Shown here piece after piece: positions 48,501 through 60,995 of a DNA stretch of 64,000 bases; position 1 is the stretch's first letter, and every line of letters begins with the position of its first letter. This DNA is from Callorhinchus milii. Taxonomy: Eukaryota. Under the pieces are notes generated by a model. That model searched no databases, was not told the origin of the DNA, and saw only the letters and a program-made list of their open reading frames with translations. The position numbers and the translations under genes are program-made. The stretch spans positions 93,126,001 to 93,190,000 of the forward strand of contig NW_024704742.1 of NCBI RefSeq assembly GCF_018977255.1, in the 5' to 3' direction.

Positions 48501-50331
48501 ACATAAGAGAGGAGGGGAGCAATTGAAAGAAAAAAAAGAAACATCATAGAAGACTTAATGATCCATAATAAAGACAAAATCAATAACTAGATAATATTAC
48601 AGGGTTCATCATGTAATCCAATATAGCCAAAGGTCCAACATTGTACATCTAAGTTATCCTTGTTTCCTAATTTGTTGAAATAAATAAGATTCATTGTCCT
48701 CAAACACACTGTTACAGATGGCTCTATGTCAGTATTCTCCACCTGTCAGTAACTTTACAGAGCATGCAAGTTCACATTTGGGATTTTCCCATTAAACTCA
48801 CTTGCCAAGGTCTGCTAATTAGCAACCAGTAGCATTCAAAGACAGTATATTTACCAATAAATGCATCAGCCTAAATTTTAAAAAAAAATATGTGATAAAA
48901 AGTGCATATTGATTGAATTTAAAGGATTAGTGCAATGATAGAGATCAGATGTAATTATTAATTGCACGGGTATCATGTCTCTCTGGCTGGTGCTGTATCT
49001 GAGCTCCTCAAGGTCAGTACTGTAACACTGTGCAAGTCACTTGCACATGTTTGGAATCTTCCGCACAATGCAGCGAGCAGCAGACCTTGAGAATTACATT
49101 ACAGTCACCAGATATTGTATCAGCCTCCTGTTGGCTTGACTTATTGTCCTTCAGGCCCAGCAAGAGAACTGTAGCGTGTACTTCCAAAGTGGGAGAAGCA
49201 AAATCTAAACGTCAATGTGGGTCTCTATGGCAACTATTATTTTTAAGAAGAAAATATTCTCATCACCAAGCAGACTTATCTCCTTTGAGGGATGTGTGAT
49301 CATTTCAATTTATTTCGAAACAAACTGTTCCAAAAAAGACTCTACATGAAGTTATGTCATACCACGTACATTTTTCCGTATTTATGGCTGGGAAGTGATG
49401 GGCATCAGTTTTGAAGATGACACGGTTGGATTGGATGAAGAGAGCTCTTTGGCTCATTTGGTCTCATCCTTCCAGAATACTGACCCCATCACCTTCCCAT
49501 CACTGTACCAAGTTGTATTTTTAAATGAGTGCAGCCTCCTGGCCTCAGCCACCCTTCCCTTTAAACTTGTTTCATTCATTAATTCCCCCTGGATAAAGAA
49601 ATACCCAGAGTCCTTACTAAAATTGTCCTTTGCAATTCTGTACCTATGTCCTCTTGTTCAACTGTTTTGTTGCATCTGAAAATATTATTCTGGGTTTCGT
49701 TTATGCAAAAAAAAAGTGATGTGCATAATTGTACAAAATGTTGACAACACAAAGGACTGTAATCTTTCATAGATGGGCCACATTAGAATTTACAAAACAT
49801 ATTGATCCTTTTTTTCCCCTCTCTAACACACTAATGTTTAAAATCAGTAAATGGCTTAATAATGGGTTACTACCATATCTGGGGACTTTTGCTCGAAATT
49901 GTGTAGATGTGATCATGTAAACAAGATCTATGCATTCTCATTCTGTAAAGCTCCCATATTTGGTTGAATTAATAATATTATTATTTGCTTCTTTTGGTGC
50001 AGTAGTTTGAAAGGTTAAAGTAGAATCTTTCATTTTGTTAGTGAAAATAGACATAGCTATATCATAGCTGGCTGCCCAAGGGGAATGAATCACTGATAAA
50101 TTAAACAATTTCAGGGGCTTTTCTAAGTCAATGAGCTTTAACGTAAAATAAGTGTTATAGCAAGCATCTTTATAATCATTCTGAAATATTGCTATTGTTA
50201 ATGATGAGCATGAAATAGGTCTCAATGAGGCAGAATGCCTACTTACAATTATGAATTAGCTTGGCGATTTTAATCATTTTAGTTTTGACATATTGGTACT
50301 TCAACATTCCCATCACAACAAGGAGACTTAC

Positions 50332-50419
50332 TCGGCTGACGGTCAGATGGATTTATTAACTTCATCACCCTTATATCATTGAATTCTTCCTCTTCATTGA
50401 CTCCACCAAAAATGTAGAG
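50332..50419 (-). CDS. Kelch/coiled-coil gene exon (end of last kelch repeat)
   Basis: Acceptor CTTTTCTTCAG, donor |GTAAGT; LYIFGGVNEEEEFNDIRVMKLINPSDRQP; 88 nt, phase 0 to 1. Confidence 0.92.
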
Positions 50420-50984
50420 CTGAAGAAAAGTTAGGCACAAGTTAGTCTTTCTTTCATTTCCATTTATATACTTATCATGGCAATGGCATGATATTCAATC
50501 TTAAAAAGTAATGACTCTGTGCTATTTGCTGAGAGTTATTTAGATGCAAATACCTCTTGCCATTATGAGTGTTATGAATGGAACACCCATTAAATCAAGG
50601 TCATCCAGTTATTGAAAAATATTCAACAACAATAACAAATTGCGTTTATATAGTACCTTTCACATCCAACAGAATAAAGTTCCTCTCATTATTAAGTGAC
50701 ATGTGCTTGAAATCTCGTTTTAAATGCAGATCATCATCACACTTTACAGCAAAGGGAAATTCTCCCCATGTTTTACCAAGAGCTACAATCTCATCGAAAA
50801 GGGTTGAATTTGTGGAATTTCTTAATATATTTATTAATAAGAACAGCTTGGTTATCAAATTTCAAAAGCATTGTTTATGCTGAGAAATGTTCTTCAGGCC
50901 ATTTAAGTTTTTAGAAAATTGATAATCATGTATTTCATATTAAGAAATCTGTGGAGATATACCAAAAATTAGATGGACGATCTT

Positions 50985-51660
50985 GCTTGTCAAGGTTACA
51001 AATGACCTCTCTCTCTGCGACTAGGGATACCTCTGTCTCCTTGTCCTCCTGGACTTCTCCACTGCTTTTGACACAATGGGCCATGCCATCCACCTCAACC
51101 ATCTCTCCTCTTCACCTCCCCTTCATCCACTTCAATGCAACCTTCCTGTTCAGGTTAAGTCCTACTTGACCCACCACCCCCATTATGACTCCGCTAATGG
51201 TTTTGTCCTCACCCGTACCAAGCTCCACAATCCCATCGCTTCTGGCATCTTGCCTGGCTCCACTGGCTCCATATTGTAGTACAGATTGATTTCAAGATCG
51301 GCATTCTCACTTTCAAATCACTTCACGCCCTGGTATATCCCTACCTCTCTGATCTGCTCACACCCACCACCTTTGTTCAGCTGGCTCAGGTCTTATGGAT
51401 GTCTCTTGTCCCCTCTGCTCCGCAATTGGCAGTTGTGCTTTCAGTCACTATTCCTCGAATCTCTGAAACTCCCTGCCTCAATCTTTCCATCTTGCCCCCT
51501 CTTTGCCTGTCTTCAGATCACACCTGAATAGTTTCCTCCTGGACCGAATGTTCGGTCACGTCCCTTCTCTTTCCAATTCAGTGATAAACAACTCCGCTGT
51601 TAAGCCCTCCAAGGTGCTAACCACGTGAAGGGTGCTATATAATGCAAGATATTGTTGTTG
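50985..51660 (+). mobile_element. Old L2 LINE fragment(s)
   Basis: LVKVTNDL...LVLLDFSTAFDT remnants, LHWL motif and a (GTT)n tail. Confidence 0.7.
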
Positions 51661-52662
51661 CTTGAGCAATCTTGGCCTTCATTGGTCACTCCCCACACAC
51701 TGTGTTCTTGATTTCAAACTTATCACTACAAGTAAATATCCAATGGAAGAGAGAATTAAAACTTAATTGGGCCTTTTCACCCTCCAAGTTGCATTCCTTA
51801 TCTTCTCTTTCTGAAGAGCAAAGATGAGGGAACAACACAGTTGCTGTGGGACATTGACTGAAATGAAATTCATTGGAGTCCCAATGAGGGCCATAAGTAA
51901 AAGGGGAGGCAGATCCAAAATAGTTCCCAGGCTGCATAATGATTGCACTAAACACTGCTACCGTGTAAGTTGAAACCGATCTCCTAGTGTAGCTTTTATT
52001 GCATTGAGCACATAATGTGCTCTATTAAGTTACTTATATCACTGTGTAAACCATGTCAAATGGGTAACGCTCACACCAGTGTGATCACTTCACTAACACC
52101 ACTGAGCTCTGCTCACTGAAGGTGGTCTTTCTGTCTGGACTGGCAACATTGGAACACAATCTTGACAAACAACAAATAAATAAAAAATGAAGACTCATTT
52201 CTGAAGTTAAAAACAAGAACCTCAGAATCACTGAGGGAGATTAAAAAAAATCTGAGCCCCATCCTCCTCATTGAAAGCAATTGTATTTAAAATATTTTTT
52301 CTCTCCATTGGCGTACACCTCCTCATACAGAGGTCAGTTCCAATGCACTGATTACCCTGTCCATGTAGACTTGAAGTGAGTGTTGGTAGCTACTCAGTAC
52401 AATACAATTTATACAGTGCCTTTCAGGAGCAGGCAATCTCAAAGTGCTTAAAAAGCTGTCAAAGTGCCTTTCTATCTTCACTTGGTTGTTATACATGTGC
52501 ATGGTGGTGAAGAGGGACTATAATCCAGTTGAATTTAAGCTTTCAGACCCAGGGAAAGACAAGGGCTAATTTGACCTTCCCATGCAGTCCCTGGTGATTG
52601 TGAGAGATTTTGAAAGAAAAAGAAAGGAAAGAATCTTACAAATAGTCGGTCAATGTACTCAC

Positions 52663-52748
52663 ATGACTGTGAAGAATAAATGCTGCATGGTTGTGCCTGC
52701 ATGCAGGGGAAATTCCAACGTATAAAGGCACCTTCCATTTCATTTTTG
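52663..52748 (-). CDS. Kelch exon
   Basis: Acceptor CTTATTTTGCAG, donor CAT|GTGAGT; (A)KMKWKVPLYVGISPACRHNHAAFILHSH; 86 nt, phase 1 to 0. Confidence 0.92.
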
Positions 52749-54044
52749 CTGCAAAATAAGCAGTGTTAAACAACACCAACAACAACGTGTGATTCGGGCT
52801 TTTCACATAAGAAATTGTCTCAAAGCATTTTGCAGGGATTGAAAAATATTTGCTGTACCTCTTAAAATAGGCCATCATTTAAACCCTAAAATGGACTGCA
52901 CAAAAGAAACTGAGGCCTGCAAATTCTGATGTCTTATTACCAATGTCTTGAACCTTAACTTTAAATTTGAATTCAGTCTTAATTTGAAAGCCGATTTCCA
53001 TAGTTCTTAAAATACATTTTCCAAACTTCTGCATGACAATGCATGATCCTAAGGCTAAGAAAAGGATTTTCACACCTTGAGTATTTCGATTTCAGATATT
53101 GATTTAGTCGTCGACTGGGGAAAGACGAATGCCCAGTGCAACGATCAGAACGGATCAATCAGACAAGAAGGTTACAGGATCATAACTTGGTTGGTTCTAG
53201 GTTAGCTGATCACAGCCGAGCAACTGAGAAGCAATAATGGACCTCAGAGCCCCTGAATTAAGGAGGGCAAAATCAATGAGGAATCCTGCTCCTACCCAGA
53301 GACTCCTTTTGGAAATTGTAATATCACCTATGATACCTCTTTTGGTTACCGTTATTAGCTGCCAATCACTATCAAGGCTCGATGGCCATTTGCACGAAGT
53401 ACTGGGGGGTGATTCCATGTCCTTTGGAGTACATCAAACTCTTTCAGACGAGGAAAATGTAGAGAAAAAATTGGCAGGAGAAAACTTTATTGACTTGTAC
53501 AGCCACATGCTCTGAACATTCAAATCAGTTTTTAACATATTTGTATTATTTATCTATTATCTACTTAACTGAAAACAAATTGTACCATTGATGTATATTG
53601 TAACCAGGGGCCTGTTGACTAAGGAGGTATCCCACTTAATACATAGTCAATCCTCTTTCCAGTATATGTTCTATGAAGCTCTTTGAGACGTCTCGACAAT
53701 GTGATAAGGCGCTATATCAAATGCAAGGATTATTATCCTACAATTCTATGGCTGTTACATGTTTACCAGTAGGGGGATAAGATCCTATTCTTTGCTGGTC
53801 AGAAAAATGTAGCCGTTCCAACCTGAGGAAACAATGGTAATTTTCCAGACAATCAGAGGATTACCTCACGTGGGAAATCTAAAGTTTGAATTCCCATTCT
53901 GTCATCTCATGACACCAGCACTCATCCATTCCCAATCACTTCAGTTTGTGAAGCACCACAAACAGCCTGTCTCCAATGAGCAGCAGTTTCAGGGATTAGA
54001 ATATTGTATTGTGTTTCATTCACAGAAATGTGCTCACACGCAAA

Positions 54045-54360
54045 CTATGCAGGGTTATGACAGGGTAAATAGTAACAGATTGTTTCCACTGGTCTGCGTG
54101 TGAGTAACAAGGGGCCACACGTTTAAGATAGGATAAATGGGAAGGCAAGAAAAATATTTCTATACACCGAGGATGGTCAAAATGGGGAGTTCTCTGCAAT
54201 GCAAACCATTTTTGAAGCAGAGACCATAAATTCTTTCAAAAGAAAATTAGATTGATGCCTGGAAAGGATGCATACTAAAGGGTTCAGGGAGTGAGCAGGA
54301 GAGCAGTAGTAAATTATATTAGCTCATGTGGAGAAAAACACCAGCGCAAAGTTAATGTTT
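54045..54360 (+). mobile_element. Degenerate CR1 3' fragment
   Basis: GGTTATGACAGGGTAAATAGTAACAGATTGTTTCCACTGG...AGGGGCCACA. Confidence 0.6.
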
Positions 54361-54508
54361 TTTGTATTGTAACTTTGTCTGATAGTTGCACAAGCCACCT
54401 TTTCTGGACTTCAATTTAAATAGTGACATTCTTCAGGTTCAGGCTCCTTATCAAAGTAATTAGGTTTGAAATAAACTAATCATAAAATTGTATCAACCAG
54501 GCGCTTAC

Positions 54509-54590
54509 CAAGGCTCAATTTCACAACATCATTTAACGTTGTTTTGCTGCTCCCCTGGCAAGTGTAAGATCCTCCAAATGTGTAGATATC
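54509..54590 (-). CDS. Kelch exon
   Basis: Acceptor ATTCAATGCAG, donor TTG|GTAAGC; DIYTFGGSYTCQGSSKTTLNDVVKLSL; 82 nt, phase 0 to 1. Confidence 0.92.
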
Positions 54591-54688
54591 CTGCATTGAA
54601 TAGCATTGTTACTGTAATTTTATAACATTTAATAATTTAGTTAATAATCTGGAAAAAATAACACAGGATGGAACAGTTTTCAATCTAC

Positions 54689-54774
54689 CTTGTCGTGGTG
54701 AGGAGTGAAAGTGTGGGATACCCTGCCACAAGGTGCTTCACCTTTAATGTCACACTGGCTCCAAGTCAAAGTTA
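54689..54774 (-). CDS. Kelch exon
   Basis: Acceptor CTGTAATTTCAG, donor AAG|GTAGAT; (V)TLTWSQCDIKGEAPCGRVSHTFTPHHDK; 86 nt; 98-nt intron to the next exon. Confidence 0.92.
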
Positions 54775-56229
54775 CTGAAATTACAGAGTGCAATTTATTG
54801 ACTGATGAATTGAATGTAAATATAAGTGGAAAAAAAACTTGAAATTGTAAATAAATTACTCTTATAGATGTTATACGTGTCTTAAATATGAACCCTACAG
54901 ATTAAAAATTATATTATAAGATAGCTTGCTAACATTGGGTTGAAAGGATCAACTCCCATTAGAACAAGGTTTAGGCACCTAGCCAAAAATACAAGTAAGC
55001 TTGATCAGAATTTTCCATAATAAGAAATATTCTGTGGCTTGGTACATTTCTCTGATTCTAGACTGCAGGCAGAAGTACTAGTTTTCAAAAATATTTCCAT
55101 CCTGTCAAAGATGTGAAATCTTTTGGGACAGCAAGGATACACAGCAATCACACCTGAAGCTGTTCACAATGTTTTATTAAGGAGGATAGATACTGAAGCC
55201 TGATGTAAGGTAGCAATCACCAAGGAATTCAGAGGATGCTGCTTGCCTCAAAACAAGTAGTGTCCCTGAAAGCTTCTTTAACCTGCACAGGGCATGAGGG
55301 AGAGGCATTACTCCATTATTTAAAACACTTTTTGTAGCATTTTTTCATTGCAATCATACATTGCTAAATATTGTTTTTAAATTTGACAGCACACAGGATA
55401 AGTATTCAGTGTTGTACGGAGCGTGTCTTACAGAGTGGCTGGCTTCTGTACAACGTTGGTTCTAACTCCAGAAGGTGGTATCAATGTTTGGAAATGTTGC
55501 TAAAACTATCTATCACCTCGGTACCTCGCCCTGCTGTTCACTCTGATGCTGTTCCAGGCCCATGGAGAGATCATTTCCAGCCAGCATCCTGTTCACATGC
55601 TTTTTTTTCAACTCGTATTTTCAGTGTTTCCAACTCACACTTGTTGATTGTGAGGCCAGATTTTGCTTGTCCTAAACTGACTACTTTTCATCCTACCTTA
55701 GAGCAGGTTCTCGGGCCTTTTTTCTACTTGCTCAATCTCATGGACCACTTTCTGTCTGCTTTCCTCCTTACCCCATTGTGGTCTTTCTCCCACTAGGCCC
55801 ACTCTTTGGCTTCTCTCAATTTGCTCAGATCTCCACTCTCCTAGGACTGATAAAATCCTTTACCTTCATAGTTACCTCCCTTCTCTGTAATCATAGTTAT
55901 GAGCTAGTGTTTTTTCTATTTTAAGGGGATTAACAGCACACTTAGGGATTTGTCCTAAACTAGGAAGTTTAGTTTGTATTGTATTATAAATCAATTAGAT
56001 TTTTTAAAAAACTCACTTTGTTCCCTTTTCCTCAAAATCTTTTTATTCAGAATATCTTTTAAACGGCAAATGGGTGCCTGGAACCTTAGTGACCATGAGA
56101 TCCAAGCTTTTGAACTGAAGTGATATCTCATTACTTTCTTCCAGAGGAACACTGCGCACTATATATAAATCACACAGCACCAACACACTTGGTAATTTTA
56201 CTGCTGAAGAACAGCATTGAATTGAATAC

Positions 56230-56330
56230 CTGTGTCAAGCACTTGGACATCTTTATAATATACATTCTCTCCAGCAGTGCCTCCAAATAAATATAGAAGT
56301 TCTCCCACTGCAGCAAATGTATGGCTATGT
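56230..56330 (-). CDS. Kelch exon (most 5' exon found)
   Basis: Acceptor TTTATTTCTTTCAG, donor CAG|GTATTC; HSHTFAAVGELLYLFGGTAGENVYYKDVQVLDT; 101 nt, phase 2 to 1. Confidence 0.92.
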
Positions 56331-57459
56331 CTGAAAGAAATAAAGATGTAGGGGTAGAAATTCCAGTGAGGAAACATAAACAGAACTAAAGCATATGATG
56401 CATTTTTTAATGCAGAATCAGTTTATCAAGCAATCTGAACAGCTATTGAGTTCCAGCAAGTGGCCCAGGGGAGTGACTTGTTGTTATTTTCACACTTTGG
56501 CAGCTTTGGGAACAGTCTGTCTGTTCAGGATGACCGAGGAGGTTGAAAATAGCACTTCACACTTTTACGAATATTGCAAATTTTTAGACCCCAAAGACTA
56601 GGATGGTAAAAACTGCATTCCATGATAGTTGACCTGAGAAAGCAAAGACTAATGAATGCAGTTTGTTGTGCATTGCTTGTAACATAAGTAACCTTCTCTG
56701 CACCTTGACAGAGGAGCAGAGTATGAGCACACAATTTAATCAGATGAACGACAGAGATTTTCACATATTTCTGGGTTTAGGGAAAAGAGACTCACTCACG
56801 GTTCTGACTGAATAAACCCTGGCACATGAGGAATTCTATAAACTCTAACAATCCAACATTTGCAAGTCCAATTAAGAGTGAAGTGACAGTGAGGAGATGG
56901 AAAGGAGATAAAAAAAGACTTGTGAGCCTGAGTGTTTTTTATGGCCTTGACAAACAATGGATAAATCTGTTTGTTTGATAAGAGTGGTTTCCTACTGAGT
57001 ATTTATTTTGCTGCTTTTACAATTATGAACTCGCTTCCTGAGACAAGCCTGGACTATCAGGTTAAATCCTGATGTGGAACGTGATCGCACATACTTCACA
57101 CAAAATGTCAAGCATGTTTCCAATTAAATAAGTTGGTTCTTGTTACACATGGAAGGTTATGTGATCCAGAATCAGATGCAAGGTTAGCATGATTGTTAAC
57201 AGGCATTTGGTGACTGTAGTTTTTGTGCCACTTTGCTGTGCCTGCAGGATCATATCTTCATGGAAGTGACATTGATTGTTGTGAGTAACACCTCACTCCA
57301 ACAGGGGGCATAATGCTACAGCTAAAAGCTGATACACACCATTCTCTTTTAACAGCATCGTAATGTGACAGCTGGCTGCTATTTCTCCCCTCCCCCACCC
57401 AGATCAATATGATTACCTTACCTCATCCGATACCTCCCCCCACATTCAAGTAAATCCAT

Positions 57460-57680
57460 AATAATAATCCCTCCAAAAAAGCAAAACAATAATAAATTGG
57501 TCATTTTCAATCCATATGACTGTTTGTGGGACATTGCTGTGCGCAATTGGCTGCCGCGTTCGCCCACAAATATACAGTCAATTCACTTTACAGTGTGTTC
57601 TGTGAAGCGCTTTGGGACGTCCTCCCGACGTGAAAAGCACTATATCAAATGCAAGGATTATTATATTATTATTATTATAA
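57460..57680 (+). mobile_element. SINE 3' half (young; nearly identical to 38595-38795)
   Basis: Direct sequence match. Confidence 0.9.
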
Positions 57681-59093
57681 ATCAATCAGATTAAATGGAT
57701 ATATTTCTACACTCTCTTACTCCCACTGAACTATTTCAGTATTAGGAACACCAGCCAGATACATACCTCATTTTGTCAAAATGATGTGCTTTGGGATGTG
57801 CTCAACACAGCAAACTCCGGATATCTCGACCTGGTTTAACTAATCACTATAACTTGTCATCATGCTGTAAATATCCCAGCTACTTCCTTATAAACTATTA
57901 ATAATGGACATCATTCCACTTTACATGTAACTCGTCGCATGGTAGAAATTCTTGTGAGCACTTACAAGAATTGATTTTATTTCAAAGTTATCAGATAACT
58001 CAGCTTATAAGATGGTGTCTTGCATTGTAGATGCCTCCTGCACAATCCTTCGGCTTGTGTGGGCGCTCATCTTAGGTTCAGCGCACACAATGCCTCCGGT
58101 CTATTGGAGGGCCAAGTGCTGCTGAGTGAGCAAGAGGGAGCAGTGCTGAGCAGCCTGAGAGCTTCAGGTGAGGATCAATGGCTAACTTGATACAATCGTG
58201 CAGAATAACTTCTGATTTGTGAGCCGGTTCAGCATTTTGGTTTTGGATTTCACGTGGGGTAATGTCTTTGGGTGGTTTTACAAGTATGGGGTTGGACACC
58301 TAGCAAGGGAAGGGGAAGGTAGCCATAGGCACATTTGAAAAGGGAGGTTTTGAGGCAAGACCTAAAGAGAAAGAACGGGGCGCTGGGCAGCGAGGCAGAG
58401 GGATGGAGTTCCAGAGGTTGGGGCTTTGGACCTGATGGTGGTTTGGAGAGAGTGAGGACACACAGAAAAGCTGAGTTAGCCCAGCAGACAACTTGAATTT
58501 ATAACAACTTGAATTTATATATTGCCCTTCTCCATATATCCATGTTGGATAAGGTCTCGAAGTGTGGAACAAATGGGGGTTCTGAACTCTAGCAAAGGCC
58601 ATTTTTCAGGATTTCAGGCCTTTTCTCGACCAAAAAAAATCCTAAAATAAAATGCTGCTCGGAAGCGATTCGGCACGATTGTATTAAATAAATGGCCAGT
58701 TTTAACTTCACTGCTACTTATCATTTTAGTTAGCCTCTAACGTGGCGTGATTTATTCTGTCTTCAGCGAAACTCTGTTACATTATAATATATTCTTGCAA
58801 ATACGGCCAATGATTTTCAGCGAAGATGTCCAAATGAACGTTACCATGGTAATGTGTCAATTAAAATCATTTTACCCTCCACGAAAGAGGCATAAAACGT
58901 GACTTGTAACTGATGGATGTGGCTGCGTTCTGGGCCTGAACTGGGGGCAGTGGCTCACTGCCAAGTAGACAAATACAATTAATTTCATGATTAATATCCA
59001 TTCACTTCTGAGAAACAGGAATCATGTGTCACACTATTTCATTCGTGTGATTTGGCCAATAGGCTACTCATGGTTCTGCAGCCCCCTGGAACA

Positions 59094-59272
59094 TAGAAAC
59101 TTTTCTTAGCATTTCAAGTAGGTGCAAATTTTGAACAATTCTTAAATGCAGTCTTAATTTTGAAACTGATTTTCTGGAGTTTTTTAAAAGAGCCTACGGA
59201 AAATCACACTTCAAAATTAAAATTTAAGGATTGTCCAAAATTTGTACACTCTAAAATCCTAAAAAGTCTAAG
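59094..59272. mobile_element. Palindromic MITE-like element
   Basis: Arms GTGCAAATTTTGAACAATTCTTAAAT...TTAATTTTGAAACTGATTTTC pair with GAAAATCACACTTCAAAATTAA...ATTTAAGGATTGTCCAAAATTTGTAC. Confidence 0.55.
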
Positions 59273-60684
59273 TCTTGACCCAGGTTAAATTTCTTCCCCC
59301 AAATCCCTCCCTCAAGTTACCAGCAACTATTCAACCTTAAACATAGATATGGTGCCTCATTGAGGTCTTGTCCAGTCACAAATCAGGAAGTGTTTCTTCT
59401 ATGAAAGCCTCCTCCATTGCATTACAGATCTAAGTCAAGAATTTGAAAACAATAATTGTCACTGACATATCATTACACCAACAAGAGTAAAATCTCCAAT
59501 AGTCAAATATTGGTTGTGTTTCCTTCTCACCAAATTTCTCCTCTCCTGAAGGCATTTTGTCTACCTTTTCCTTCTGTTACATTCTAAGGTCACCTCTGGT
59601 ATCTTACCCAACTAGCTATTATTTATATGTGAGCCTTAACAGGGATGGTTGATAGGCTATAAGACTGAGGGGGGAGAACAGATCACTGCTGATCTATAGT
59701 CTAGGGCAAGAGAGGTAAATCTTACCCAGAGTATCACCCCCCATCAATTGGCATGTGTGAATGTTAAGAAAGGACAGAAGCAGACTGTATTATAATGTCC
59801 ATCCCCTGCATTGCTGCACAGCCTGCCAACATCCACAGCGCAATTTTCACACATGAAGGACAGGTATTTTAGAGTGATGCACAGGAGAGCTGCCAGAGCT
59901 TACAGAAATGTAACCCAGCCTGAGTCCCCACCTTCAGGAGAGGGTGAAAGTGCAGGAGGAGAGCAAGGAATGTACAAATCTAATGACCTGCTCACTTCTG
60001 GCAAGACTGCCCTATTTCATTCTGTAAGTGAGAGAGTCTCATTGCCATTTTTTAGGATTCGTCACTGCATGCTCCACATGTCTGTTTATTTCATATGAAA
60101 AGCCAGACACCATGTGCAACCGTCAGAATGTGGTGGAGGCTGCAGGGATGGTACAACCACAAATCCATCAAAAGCATTCAGACTGTTCAGTCTTGAAATT
60201 GCTCCCATGAGAAGGGTTTGCTTGACTGGTTCAATATACAGAATTCATTACGATCTTGACAGGTGATCAGTCATATGGTGAGATGTTAGGAGCAATTGGA
60301 ACTCCAGATTTCACAATGAAAAGTTTTATATCTCAGCATTCTTTAAAATCTGCATTGTTCCAACACCAAACTCAACAACAAGGCAATCAGATTCTCTCAG
60401 CTTAAAAAAAAAGGCAAGAGTGGTGGTACAAAACAGAATAGGTGTTGTTTTCAAAATACTACTTTGGGAGCCACATGGCCCCAGATTTTCACTCTCTGCT
60501 CCGTGTTAAGCAAGCTGAACGCAGATGGAACAGTAGTGGAGTGACCTTGGTGCCTTCTAGGTTAAATTGGGGAGGAATAAAAAAATCAACCAAGGTTCTC
60601 CTTCCTGATGACCATATATAGAACGCTGAAAAAAAAATGTCTTAAGAACACTGGTCAGAGAAGTGGATGTGAATAATAAAATAA

Positions 60685-60995
60685 CAAAAATAATCCTTAC
60701 ATTTGATGTCTTTCACATTGCGAGGATATCTCAAAGCACTTCCCAGGATTTACTGTAAAGTCTAATGACTGTATTTGCAGGTGAAATGCGAAGGCCAATT
60801 TGCACACAGCAATGTGTCACAAACATCCATTAAGTGAATGATCAATTTTATTTGGGGTGTGGCGTAGGGAGGTGGATTGTTGGCCACGACACCGGGAGAA
60901 GCTCCCTTCCCTTTTCAAATACTCCCATGGGATTGTTAACGTCCACGTAAAGAGGTAGACAGGTCCTCGGATTAACATCTCATCTGAAGGACAGA
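60685..60995 (-). mobile_element. DeuSINE
   Basis: Deu core and L2-like tail on the minus strand. Confidence 0.7.

Larger units (their letters stand above)
27275..56330 (-). other. Gene span: kelch-repeat + C-terminal coiled-coil protein (RABEPK/KLHDC-type kelch), 5' end not found
   Basis: 11 exons with GT-AG junctions and matching phases (except the 28497-28600 exon) splice to ...HSHTFAAVGELLYLFGG...W...GEAPCGRVSHTF...DIYTFGG...WKVP...PACRHNHAAF...LYIFGG...coiled coil...QQFKGM*. Confidence 0.9.

Noticed and set aside
53080..53520. 92-aa ORF / coding-looking intronic segment (possible viral or nested gene)
   Set aside because: Stops break every frame across the segment and no domain is recognisable. 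Only faint resemblance to an L1-type RT (MAIEP) on the minus strand, which cannot be supported without a search.
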